From positions 949 to 64,948 of the forward strand of contig SVTD01000004.1 in NCBI GenBank assembly GCA_015063955.1: a stretch of 64,000 nucleotides of DNA, read 5' to 3'. Each line of letters opens with the position of its first letter. The first letter of the stretch is position 1. The stretch comes from Oscillospiraceae bacterium (GTDB lineage: Bacteria > Bacillota > Clostridia > Oscillospirales > CAG-272). The notes under the pieces are model-generated. The model worked only from the letters and a program-made list of their open reading frames with translations. It was not told where the DNA came from and searched no databases. Below, in pieces: positions 18,420 through 26,521 of this stretch. Both the position numbers and the translations under genes were made by a program.

Positions 18420-19072
18420 GCTTTTGCACCGTTTACAGCGAGGTAGTTCTTGATTCTTTCAACGTTCTCGCGGTTTGCCTCGTCCTCTTCAAGGTATTCG
18501 ATGATGTCGTAAACGTCAACAACGGAGTATACGGGGAATCCGAACTGATCGGTGATCTCGGCCATAGCTGACTTTTCGGTCTGGCCCTTTTCCTTACGGT
18601 CAACCATAACGAAGGTAGCTGCAACCTTTACGCCCTCCAAAGCGGAAAGGATCTCCATAGACTCGCGGATAGCGGTTCCTGCGGTGATAACGTCCTCTGT
18701 GATGACGATCTCCTCACCTGCCACGGGCTTGTAGCCTACGAAAACTCCGCCCTCACCGTGGTCCTTTGCTTCCTTGCGGTTAAAGAAGAAGGGAACGTCA
18801 AGACCCTCGCGTGAAAGGCCAACGCTTGTTGCAACTGCGATGGAGATGCCCTTGTAAGCAGGTCCGTAAAGAACGCACTTCTTGTTGCCTACCTTATCAA
18901 GGTAAGCCTTTGCGTAGAACTCGCCGAGCTTAGAGATCTGATCGCCCGTCTTTATCTCACCTGCATTGATGAAATAGGGGATCTTTCTGCCGCTCTTTGC
19001 GGTAAAGTCGCCAAACTTCAGAACGTTTGCGCTCTGAAGAAACTGTATAAATTCTCTCTTGTAAGATTCCAT
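18416..19072 (-). CDS. pyrE: Orotate phosphoribosyltransferase
   Basis: PRPP-binding loop [13 protein letters not shown]. The ATG at 19072 follows an AAGGAG RBS. The stop overlaps the pyrB start (ATGA). Confidence 0.93.
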   Translation of the reverse strand: MESYKREFIQFLQSANVLKFGDFTAKSGRKIPYFINAGEIKTGDQISKLGEFYAKAYLDKVGNKKCVLYGPAYKGISIAVATSVGLSREGLDVPFFFNRKEAKDHGEGGVFVGYKPVAGEEIVITEDVITAGTAIRESMEILSALEGVKVAATFVMVDRKEKGQTEKSAMAEITDQFGFPVYSVVDVYDIIEYLEEDEANRENVERIKNYLAVNGAKA

Positions 19073-19103
19073 TTTAAACACTCCTTATATTTCAATCAAA
19101 TCC

Positions 19104-19251
19104 ATTTTCGCCAAAAGCGAAAATGCACCTTCACATTCCCGAAGGGAATATTTCACATTTGCGAAGCAAATATTTCACCCGCGAAGCGGATTTCACCCAC
19201 GCTTTGCGTGGATTTCACTGCAGAATTTTTGACTTAGTCACAAAATTCTGC
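19104..19251. repeat. Phased hairpin array: six perfect or near-perfect hairpins separated by ATTTCAC (x4 exact, x1 CCTTCAC)
   Basis: Read directly from the sequence. Heptamers sit at 19150, 19172, 19190 and 19212. Hairpins: ATTTTCGC/GCGAAAAT, ATTCCC/GGGAAT, ATTTGC/GCAAAT, CCGC/GCGG, CCACGC/GCGTGG, and GCAGAATTTTTGAC/GTCACAAAATTCTGC. Confidence 0.7.
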
Positions 19252-19932
19252 CACGCAGCGCTCGTAAGCTGCAACGGGGTCCTCAGCGGCGGTGATGGGG
19301 CGGCCAACTACGATGTAGTCGCTCCCGATCTTCTTTGCCTCTGCGGGGGTCATAACTCTCTTCTGGTCGCCGATGTCGCCGTCTGCAAAGCGAACGCCGG
19401 GGGTTACTGTGAGGAAGTCCGCGCCGCATGTGTCGTGAACCTTGCCTGCCTCCAGGGGAGAGCAAACTACGCCGTCAAGACCTGCGTCCTTAGCGTTCTG
19501 AGCGTAGTGCATAACTACCTTATCGATAGGCTCCTTAATAAGAAGGTCAGCCTCCATTGTCTCCTGGTCGGTGGATGTGAGCTGAGTTACGGCGATGAGA
19601 AGGGGACGTGTGCCGTCGGGACGTGTAAGACCCTCGAGAGCGCCCTCCATCATTCTCTTTGTGCCTGCTGCGTGGAGGTTTGTCATATCTACGTCAAGGC
19701 CGGAGAGAACTGCCATAGACTTCTTAACTGTGTTGGGAATGTCGTGAAGCTTTAAGTCGAGGAAGATCTTGTGGCCTCTTTTTTTGATCTCCTTTACGAT
19801 CGCGGGGCCCTCAGCATAGAAGAGCTCCATACCGATCTTAACGAAGGGCTTTCTGCCTGTGAACTTGTCAAGAAACTCAAATGTCTTTTCTGCGCTTGCG
19901 AAGTCGCAGGCGATGATTACGTCGCGTCCCAT
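19234..19932 (-). CDS. pyrF: Orotidine 5'-phosphate decarboxylase
   Basis: FVKIGMELF, IFLDLKLHDIPNTV, VVGRPI. Confidence 0.93.
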   Translation of the reverse strand: MGRDVIIACDFASAEKTFEFLDKFTGRKPFVKIGMELFYAEGPAIVKEIKKRGHKIFLDLKLHDIPNTVKKSMAVLSGLDVDMTNLHAAGTKRMMEGALEGLTRPDGTRPLLIAVTQLTSTDQETMEADLLIKEPIDKVVMHYAQNAKDAGLDGVVCSPLEAGKVHDTCGADFLTVTPGVRFADGDIGDQKRVMTPAEAKKIGSDYIVVGRPITAAEDPVAAYERCVAEFCD

Positions 19933-19933
19933 A

Positions 19934-20851
19934 TTATTTGCACACTCCTATTATATCTGTAAGATTTTCGATTCTGTATTTTTCCATAACGCGGGGAAGA
20001 TCGAGAACGATGTCGCGGCTCGCGTAGGGGTCAACAAGGTTTGCCGCTCCTACCTCAACTGCCGTAGCACCTGCCATCATAAGCTCGAGAACGTCCTCAG
20101 CACTTGTAACGCCGCCCATACCGATAACGGGAACACTCACTGCGTTTGCAACCTGATATACCATTCTTACCGCAACGGGAAGGATAGCGCTTCCGGAGAA
20201 GCCGCCCATCTTGTTTGCGATGATAGGCTTGCGGTTGTTCAGGTTGATCCTCATACCCAGAAGGGTATTGATAAGGCTGATGCCGTCGGCGCCTGCCGCT
20301 TCAACTGCCTTTGCGATTGCAACGATGTCAGTTACGTTTGGGGAAAGCTTTGCGATAACGGGCTTTGTTACTTCTTTCTTGACGGCCTCTATAATTTCAG
20401 CCGCGCTGTCGGGATAAGAGCCGAAGTTAACGCCGCCGCCGTGAACGTTGGGACAGCTGATGTTTATTTCAAGCCAGCCCACCTGATCGCAGGCGTCAAG
20501 CTTCTTTGCCGTGTATACGTATTCCTCAACGGAGAAGCCGCCCACGTTTGCCATAACCTTTTTGTTAAAGCACTCAGCCAGCTTTGGAAGCTCCTCGGAT
20601 ACGACCTTTTCAACGCCGGGGTTCTGGAGACCTACGGCGTTTATCATTCCGGCCGGGCACTCTGCGATTCTGGGTGTGGGATTGCCGAATCGGGGATCCT
20701 TTGTGGTTCCCTTAAAGGAGAAGGTGCCGAGAATGTTGATGTCGTAAAGCTCTGCAAACTCATAGCCGTAGCCAAAGGTTCCGCTTGCGGGGATTACAGG
20801 GTTATCAAGCTCGATACCGAGAAGATTTACTTTAGTATTTACTTTTCCCAT
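19934..20851 (-). CDS. pyrD: Dihydroorotate dehydrogenase B, catalytic subunit
   Basis: NPVIPASGTFGYG, NISCPNVHGGG, GMGGVTSAEDVLE. It is paired with pyrK. Confidence 0.93.
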   Translation of the reverse strand: MGKVNTKVNLLGIELDNPVIPASGTFGYGYEFAELYDINILGTFSFKGTTKDPRFGNPTPRIAECPAGMINAVGLQNPGVEKVVSEELPKLAECFNKKVMANVGGFSVEEYVYTAKKLDACDQVGWLEINISCPNVHGGGVNFGSYPDSAAEIIEAVKKEVTKPVIAKLSPNVTDIVAIAKAVEAAGADGISLINTLLGMRINLNNRKPIIANKMGGFSGSAILPVAVRMVYQVANAVSVPVIGMGGVTSAEDVLELMMAGATAVEVGAANLVDPYASRDIVLDLPRVMEKYRIENLTDIIGVCK

Positions 20852-21573
20852 ATGATCTCCTCCTTTACAAGTACGGGGCCTTCCTTGCAGATACGCTTGT
20901 TTCCGTAGAGAGTCTTGCAGGAGCAGCCCATGCAGGCGCCGAAGCCGCAGCCCATACGCTCCTCAAAGCTGAACTGACCGCTCACCTCTGTTGCGTTGTA
21001 AACTGCCTTGAGCATAGGCTCGGGTCCGCAGGTGTAGAAGTAGTCGTAGGAAAGGTCCTTCATAGCGTCGGTAACGAAGCCCTTCACTCCGTAGGAGCCG
21101 TCGGCAGTTGCAACGATAGTTTCGCAGCCCAGCGCCTTGAACTCCTCCTCGTAGAAGATCTCCTGCTTTGTGTTAAAGCCGAGGATAGCCGTTACCTTCT
21201 TACCCTTCTCGCGAAGGAGGCGGGCAAGCATATACATGGGGGGGACACCAACGCCGCCGCCGATAACGAGGACGCTTTCTCCGGATTTTGTCATATCGTA
21301 GCCGTTGCCGAGACCCGTGAGTATGTCAAGCTTTCCGCCTGTCATTTCTCTCATGACCTCGGTGCCCTTACCCACTACCTTGTAGATAAGGGTAAGGATA
21401 TCACCCTGACAGTCGCATACGGAGATGGGACGGCGGAGAAAGAGTCCGTCAAGCTTTACGTTTACGAACTGTCCGGGGCCGGTGATGTCGGAGGTATCGC
21501 CCTTGAGCTTCATCAGCATAACGCTGTCGGTCAGAGGGCGGTTTTCGATTATTTCAAACAAACTCTGCTTCAT
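20839..21573 (-). CDS. pyrK: Dihydroorotate dehydrogenase B electron-transfer (FAD/2Fe-2S) subunit
   Basis: FLRRPISV, GGGVGVPPM, C-terminal cluster motif GCGFGACMGCSC. Confidence 0.9.
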   Translation of the reverse strand: MKQSLFEIIENRPLTDSVMLMKLKGDTSDITGPGQFVNVKLDGLFLRRPISVCDCQGDILTLIYKVVGKGTEVMREMTGGKLDILTGLGNGYDMTKSGESVLVIGGGVGVPPMYMLARLLREKGKKVTAILGFNTKQEIFYEEEFKALGCETIVATADGSYGVKGFVTDAMKDLSYDYFYTCGPEPMLKAVYNATEVSGQFSFEERMGCGFGACMGCSCKTLYGNKRICKEGPVLVKEEIIWEK

Positions 21574-21596
21574 TTTTTATTTTTCATCTTTCTTTG

Positions 21597-21664
21597 GCAT
21601 TGTGCTTCTGCACAATGCGAGCGCGAAAAGTGTTTTTACGATACGGTGTTTCGTATTTTCGCGC
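21597..21664. other. Two intercistronic hairpins between carB and pyrK
   Basis: GCATTGTGC-ttct-GCACAATGC, and a composite GCGCGAAAA...TACGA-loop-TCGTA...TTTTCGCGC. Confidence 0.55.
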
Positions 21665-21667
21665 GAT

Positions 21668-24600
21668 TTACGCATCGATGGTGGAGATTGTAAGTGTTGT
21701 TTCCTCCAGAACGTCAAGGAGAACCTTAACGGTATCGAGAGAGGTAAACATTGTCACGTTATTTTCGATAGCGTAGCGGCGGATCTCGTAGCCGTCGTTT
21801 GCGCTGCCCTGAGAGCCGATGTCACGGGTGTTGATAACGTACGCGATATGACCCTGACGGAGTGCCTCGGGGATCTCCTCTGAGCCGTCGCTTATCTTCT
21901 GGAGAACGTGGGTGCGGATGCCGTTTTCCTTGAGGAACTTGGCAGTACCCGAGGTTGCCTCAATATTGAAGCCCAGCATATAGAAGCGGCGGATAAGGGG
22001 AAGTGCCTCCTCCTTGTCCTTGTCTGCTATGGTAGCAAGAACGGTACCGTAGTTCTGGAGGTGCATACCTGAAGCCTGGAGAGACTTATAAAGTGCGCGG
22101 TTCAGCTTATCGTCGTAGCCGATAGCCTCACCTGTGGACTTCATTTCGGGAGAGAGGTAAGCGTCAAGTCCGCGGATCTTGTTGAAGGAGAATACGGGCG
22201 CCTTAACGTACCAGCGCTCCTTCTCATCGGGATAGATATCGAAGATGCCCTGCTCCTTGAGGCTCTTGCCGAGGATGACCTCGGTTGCTATATCTGCAAG
22301 GGAGTAGCCCGTTGCCTTGGAAAGGAAGGGAACGGTTCTGGAGGAACGGGGATTGACCTCGATGATATATACGTCGTCCTTATCGTCAACGATGAACTGA
22401 ATATTGAAGAGGCCGATGATGCCGATGCCCATACCGAGCTTCTTTGCATACTGGAGGATGATGCCCTTTACCTTATCGGAGATGGAGAAGGGAGGATATA
22501 CGGACATAGAGTCACCGGAGTGAACGCCCGTACGCTCAACCAGCTCCATAATACCGGGAACGAATACGTTGCGTCCGTCGCAGATAGCGTCGATCTCAAC
22601 CTCGCGGCCCTGGATATACTTGTCAACGAGAACGGGCTTGTCCTCGTCGATCTCAACGGCGGTTCTGAGGTAGTGGCGAAGCTGCTCCTCGTTTGCAACT
22701 ATCTGCATAGCGCGGCCGCCGAGAACGAAGGAGGGGCGAACGAGAACGGGGTAGCCGATCTCAGCCGCAGCCGCGATACCGTCCTCAAGACGGGTTACAG
22801 CCTTACCCTTAGCTCTGGGAATATCGAGCTCGTTAAGGAGGTTTTCGAATTCGTTACGGTCCTCTGCGCGGTCGATTGCGGCGCAGTCTGTACCGATGAT
22901 CTTAACTCCGCGCTCAAAGAGGGGCTGAGCAAGGTTGATGGCAGTCTGACCGCCGAGGGATGCAATAACGCCCTCGGGCTTTTCAAACTCTACGATATTC
23001 ATAACGTCCTCGGGAGTGAGGGGCTCGAAGTAGAGCTTATCTGCCGTTGTATAGTCTGTGGAAACTGTTTCGGGGTTGTTGTTGATGATGATAGCCTCGT
23101 AGCCTGCCTTCTTGATGGTCATAACGGCGTGAACGGTGGAGTAGTCAAACTCAACGCCCTGACCGATACGGATGGGGCCTGCGCCGAGAACTATGATCTT
23201 CTTCTTATCAGTAAGGCGGGAGGAGTTCTCGCCTGTGTAGGAGGAATAGAAGTAGGGGATATACGCGCCCGTGTGGCAGGTATCTACCATCTTGAATACG
23301 GGGAAGATGCTGTTTTCGCGGCGCATATTGTAAACGTCAAGCTCGCCAACGTTCCAAAGGCGTGCGATGAATTTATCACCGAAGCCCATCTTCTTTGCCG
23401 CCAGAAGTGTGTCAAGATCCTTGGAAACACGGAGCTTTTCCTCCATATCGATGATGTTCTTGAAGGCCTGGAGGAAGAAGGGGGTTATCATTGTGATCTC
23501 GTGGATCTTCTCAACGGAAACGCCGTGGTATATAAGCTCGGCAATGGCAAAGATATTGTCAGAGCGGAACTCCTTGATATACTCAAGAAGCTCCTCAACG
23601 CTCATATCGTCAAACTTTGAAAGATAGAGGTGGTTTGCGCCGATCTCAAGAGAGCGGATACCCTTGAGGATCGCCTCCTCAAGATTTGAGCCGATACCCA
23701 TGATCTCGCCCGTTGCCTTCATCTGTGTGCCAAGCTTGTTTGTAGCGGAGGCAAACTTATCGAAGGGGAAGCGGGGGAGCTTTGCGATAACGTAGTCGAG
23801 GCTGGGCTCGAATGCCGCCGTAGTGTTTGCTATCGGAATTTCCTCAAGGGCCATACCTACTGCGATCTTTGCGGTAACGCGGGCGATGGGATAGCCGGAT
23901 GCCTTGGATGCGAGAGCAGAGGAACGGGAAACTCGGGGATTTACCTCGATAAGATAATACTCGGAGCTGTGGGGGTTAAGTGCGAACTGAACGTTACAGC
24001 CGCCCTCGATCTTGAGCTCCTTGATGAGCTTGATGGCAGAATCGTTCAGCATCTTTTCGTCCTCTTTGGAGAGGGTCATAATGGGAGCAACAACGCAGGA
24101 GTCGCCTGTGTGAACGCCTACGGGGTCGATGTTTTCCATTCCGCAGATGGTGATGGCGTGGTCGTTTGAGTCACGCATAACCTCAAACTCGATCTCCTTG
24201 TAGCCCTTGACGGACTTCTCGATAAGAACCTGGTGAACGGGAGAAAGCTTGAAAGCGTTGATACCGATCTCATAAAGCTCCTCGTCGTTGTTGGCAAAGC
24301 CGCCGCCGGTGCCGCCGAGGGTGAAGGCGGGGCGCAGAACTACGGGATAGCCGATGCGGTTTGCAGCTTCCTTAGCCTCCTCGAGGGAGTATGTTATCTC
24401 AGAGGGGATAACGGGCTCGCCGATGGACTCGCAAAGCTCCTTGAACATTTCGCGGTCCTCAGCTCTTTCAATGGAAGCGCTTGATGTACCGAGAAGCTTG
24501 ACGCGGCACTCCTTGAGAACGCCCTTTTTCTCAAGCTGCATGGCAAGGTTAAGACCGGTCTGACCGCCGATGCCGGGGATGATGGCGTCGGGACGCTCGT

Positions 24601-24838
24601 GGCGGATGATCTTTGCCACGTATTCAAGAGTGAGGGGCTCCATGTATACCTTGTCGGCAATAATGGTGTCTGTCATAATGGTTGCGGGGTTGGAGTTACA
24701 GAGAACTACCTCGTAGCCCTCCTCCTTGAGAGCAAGGCAAGCCTGTGTGCCGGCGTAGTCAAACTCGGCAGCCTGTCCGATAACGATAGGACCGCTTCCT
24801 ATGATAAGTATTTTCTTGATGTCGGTTCTTTTTGCCAT
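21668..24838 (-). CDS. carB: Carbamoyl-phosphate synthase large subunit
   Basis: 1056 aa. Two ATP-grasp halves (ILIIGSGPIVIGQAAEFDYAGTQA and IIVLGAGPIRIGQGVEFDY) and a C-terminal MGS-like domain. Confidence 0.97.
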   Translation of the reverse strand: MAKRTDIKKILIIGSGPIVIGQAAEFDYAGTQACLALKEEGYEVVLCNSNPATIMTDTIIADKVYMEPLTLEYVAKIIRHERPDAIIPGIGGQTGLNLAMQLEKKGVLKECRVKLLGTSSASIERAEDREMFKELCESIGEPVIPSEITYSLEEAKEAANRIGYPVVLRPAFTLGGTGGGFANNDEELYEIGINAFKLSPVHQVLIEKSVKGYKEIEFEVMRDSNDHAITICGMENIDPVGVHTGDSCVVAPIMTLSKEDEKMLNDSAIKLIKELKIEGGCNVQFALNPHSSEYYLIEVNPRVSRSSALASKASGYPIARVTAKIAVGMALEEIPIANTTAAFEPSLDYVIAKLPRFPFDKFASATNKLGTQMKATGEIMGIGSNLEEAILKGIRSLEIGANHLYLSKFDDMSVEELLEYIKEFRSDNIFAIAELIYHGVSVEKIHEITMITPFFLQAFKNIIDMEEKLRVSKDLDTLLAAKKMGFGDKFIARLWNVGELDVYNMRRENSIFPVFKMVDTCHTGAYIPYFYSSYTGENSSRLTDKKKIIVLGAGPIRIGQGVEFDYSTVHAVMTIKKAGYEAIIINNNPETVSTDYTTADKLYFEPLTPEDVMNIVEFEKPEGVIASLGGQTAINLAQPLFERGVKIIGTDCAAIDRAEDRNEFENLLNELDIPRAKGKAVTRLEDGIAAAAEIGYPVLVRPSFVLGGRAMQIVANEEQLRHYLRTAVEIDEDKPVLVDKYIQGREVEIDAICDGRNVFVPGIMELVERTGVHSGDSMSVYPPFSISDKVKGIILQYAKKLGMGIGIIGLFNIQFIVDDKDDVYIIEVNPRSSRTVPFLSKATGYSLADIATEVILGKSLKEQGIFDIYPDEKERWYVKAPVFSFNKIRGLDAYLSPEMKSTGEAIGYDDKLNRALYKSLQASGMHLQNYGTVLATIADKDKEEALPLIRRFYMLGFNIEATSGTAKFLKENGIRTHVLQKISDGSEEIPEALRQGHIAYVINTRDIGSQGSANDGYEIRRYAIENNVTMFTSLDTVKVLLDVLEETTLTISTIDA

Positions 24839-24871
24839 CCTGTTATACCTCCGATATATTTGGAAAAAATT

Positions 24872-26080
24872 TTAAACTTCGTAAACTACCTTGCCGTCGT
24901 GGACCGTAAGGACACAGCGGCCGTAGAGGGTGTCGCCCTCAAAGGGTGTTGCGCGACCCATGGAAAGAAATTTATCCGGGTCTACTTTATATTCGTGATC
25001 AAGCTCCCAGACTGTAAAGTCGCCGCCGTTTTCGATTCCGAAGCGCTTGCGGGGATTTACTGAGAGAAGCTCGATAAGCTTTTCAAGTGTGATGATACCT
25101 GTTTTAACAAGGTGGGTATACATAAGAGAGAAGCAGGTCTCAAGCCCCACGATGCCGAATGCACTTTTTTCAAGTCCCTTCGCCTTTTCCTCTGCTGAGT
25201 GGGGGGCGTGGTCTGTGGCGATCATATCGATGGTTCCGTCAAGGATACCCTCGATAAGGGCCTGTCTGTCCTCCTCGCTTCTGAGGGGAGGATTCATTTT
25301 GAATCTGCCTTCCTCCCTGAGATCCATATCTGTGAGGATAAGGTAGTGAGGGCCGGTCTCGCAGGTAACGTCAACGCCCTCTGCCTTTGCCCGTCTTATG
25401 GCCTCAACGGTCTCCTTTGCGGAAATATGGCATACGTGGTAGGAGCAGCCCGTTTCCTTTGCAAGGCGAAGGTCGCGCTCCACCTGCAGATATTCGCTTT
25501 CGGAGCAGATGCCGCGGTGGCCGTGCTCGGCGGCGTACTGCCCTTTGTGGATGTATCCGCCCTCAAGAAGGTCGTTCACCTCGCAGTGGGCAACTATCAT
25601 TTTACCGAGAGCCTTTGCACGGATCATAGCCTCGCGCATCATACCTTCGGACTGAACTCCCCGTCCGTCGTCGGAAAACGCGATACAGTCGGGAGCCATA
25701 CCCTCAAGGTCGGACAGCTCCTCGCCCTTCTGACCGACGGTGATGGAGCCGTAGGGAAGGACCTTGACGGTGGCATCGCGCCCGATGATGTCGTTCTGCA
25801 TTCTGAGGTTCTCTATGCTGTCGGGAACGGGATTCAGGTTCGGCATGGTGCATACCGCAGTATAGCCGCCTGCCGCCGCCGCCGCGCTTCCTGATCTTAT
25901 GGTCTCTTTATAAGAAAAGCCCGGCTCACGGAAATGCACATGCACGTCACAAAAGCCGGGGAAAATACAATATTTATCAGAGTCAAAAAGAGAATAGCTA
26001 TCCATACCCGGAAAACGGGATACAAAAGACATGTCACTATTATCCATCATTACTGTCTTTGCCTTGAGCTTGGATTCCAT
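24872..26080 (-). CDS. pyrC: Dihydroorotase
   Basis: PGFCDVHVHFREPG, metal ligands, ATDHAPH. Confidence 0.92.
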   Translation of the reverse strand: MESKLKAKTVMMDNSDMSFVSRFPGMDSYSLFDSDKYCIFPGFCDVHVHFREPGFSYKETIRSGSAAAAAGGYTAVCTMPNLNPVPDSIENLRMQNDIIGRDATVKVLPYGSITVGQKGEELSDLEGMAPDCIAFSDDGRGVQSEGMMREAMIRAKALGKMIVAHCEVNDLLEGGYIHKGQYAAEHGHRGICSESEYLQVERDLRLAKETGCSYHVCHISAKETVEAIRRAKAEGVDVTCETGPHYLILTDMDLREEGRFKMNPPLRSEEDRQALIEGILDGTIDMIATDHAPHSAEEKAKGLEKSAFGIVGLETCFSLMYTHLVKTGIITLEKLIELLSVNPRKRFGIENGGDFTVWELDHEYKVDPDKFLSMGRATPFEGDTLYGRCVLTVHDGKVVYEV

Positions 26081-26097
26081 AATCTACCCCTTTAAAC

Positions 26098-26207
26098 AAA
26101 AAATCTTGCCGATTCCGACAAGACTAACGCAAATGAGCGCAATTATCCTGCGCCTTGAACTATTGCCGTCTTGCCGATCTCTCTGTATCGCCTTAAAGAC
26201 TAACGAA
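26098..26207 (-). promoter_or_regulatory. pyr operon leader: PyrR-like binding hairpin plus antiterminator/terminator alternative
   Basis: mRNA sense: CGAUACAGAGAGAUCG (plus 26175-26190) resembles the PyrR loop consensus (..CAGAGAG..). CGGCAAGAC can pair with GUCUUGUCG, or GUCUUGUCGG can pair with UCGGCAAGA-UUUUUU (terminator, plus 26098-26123). Confidence 0.5.
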
Positions 26208-26236
26208 AGTATACTACTTTTTTTCCCCTTTGTCAA
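26208..26236 (-). promoter_or_regulatory. pyr operon promoter
   Basis: On the minus strand: TTGACA (26236-26231), 17 nt, TATACT (26213-26208). Confidence 0.55.
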
Positions 26237-26278
26237 TAATTATAGCGGTTTTTTTGAAAAAAATGTTGATTTCGATTG

Positions 26279-26307
26279 TTGACAAAAATATAGGGCTATG
26301 ATATAAT
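26279..26307 (+). promoter_or_regulatory. pur operon promoter
   Basis: TTGACA (26279-26284), 17 nt, TGa-TATAAT (26302-26307). Confidence 0.6.
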
Positions 26308-26365
26308 TTCAAATGTAGGCGGCTTTGTACGACCGTTGCCGCTTGCGTATTGAATATTAAATAAT

Positions 26366-26446
26366 CAGGCTCCCTGCGACTGACGGATTATTGTGGGTCA
26401 CCACAGTGGAACAGGGGCAAAAAACTTAGGCCGACCGTCTGGGCGC
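26366..26446 (+). promoter_or_regulatory. ZTP riboswitch (pfl motif)
   Basis: GCGACUGACGG...GUGGGUCACCAC.GUGGA...linker...GGCCGACCGUCUGGGCG. The pseudoknot GACGG (26382-26386) / CCGUC (26435-26439) covaries relative to the usual GGCGG/CCGCC. It sits upstream of purine and folate genes. Confidence 0.85.
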
Positions 26447-26478
26447 ACTTAACGTACAAGGTAAGTGCGCTCTTTTTT
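26443..26478 (+). terminator. ZTP riboswitch terminator (expression platform)
   Basis: GCGCACTTA-loop-TAAGTGCGC followed by TCTTTTTT. The left arm overlaps the conserved CUGGGCGC of the aptamer. Confidence 0.8.
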
Positions 26479-26521
26479 ATCATAACGGATTTATAACAAA
26501 AAACAAGGAGTAAAAAAGGCA

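Noticed and set aside
19104-19251. CRISPR-like array
   Set aside because: The repeat unit is only 7 nt, the intervening units are self-complementary and 11-15 nt long, and no cas genes are present. The array is reported as a distinct hairpin array, not as CRISPR.
24839-26080. Search for a hidden or frameshifted carA between pyrC and carB or inside the pyrC region
   Set aside because: The gap is 33 nt, and the pyrC frame is continuous with normal dihydroorotase motifs from the metal-binding HVH to ATDHAPH. No glutaminase (GATase class I, G-x-C-x-G) motif appears in any frame that I read.
26310-26480. Expected a purine (guanine/adenine) riboswitch in front of the pur operon
   Set aside because: The conserved purine-aptamer segments (UAUAAUCGCG...CUACCGGG...CCGACUAUG type) are absent. 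The sequence fits the ZTP/pfl motif instead.
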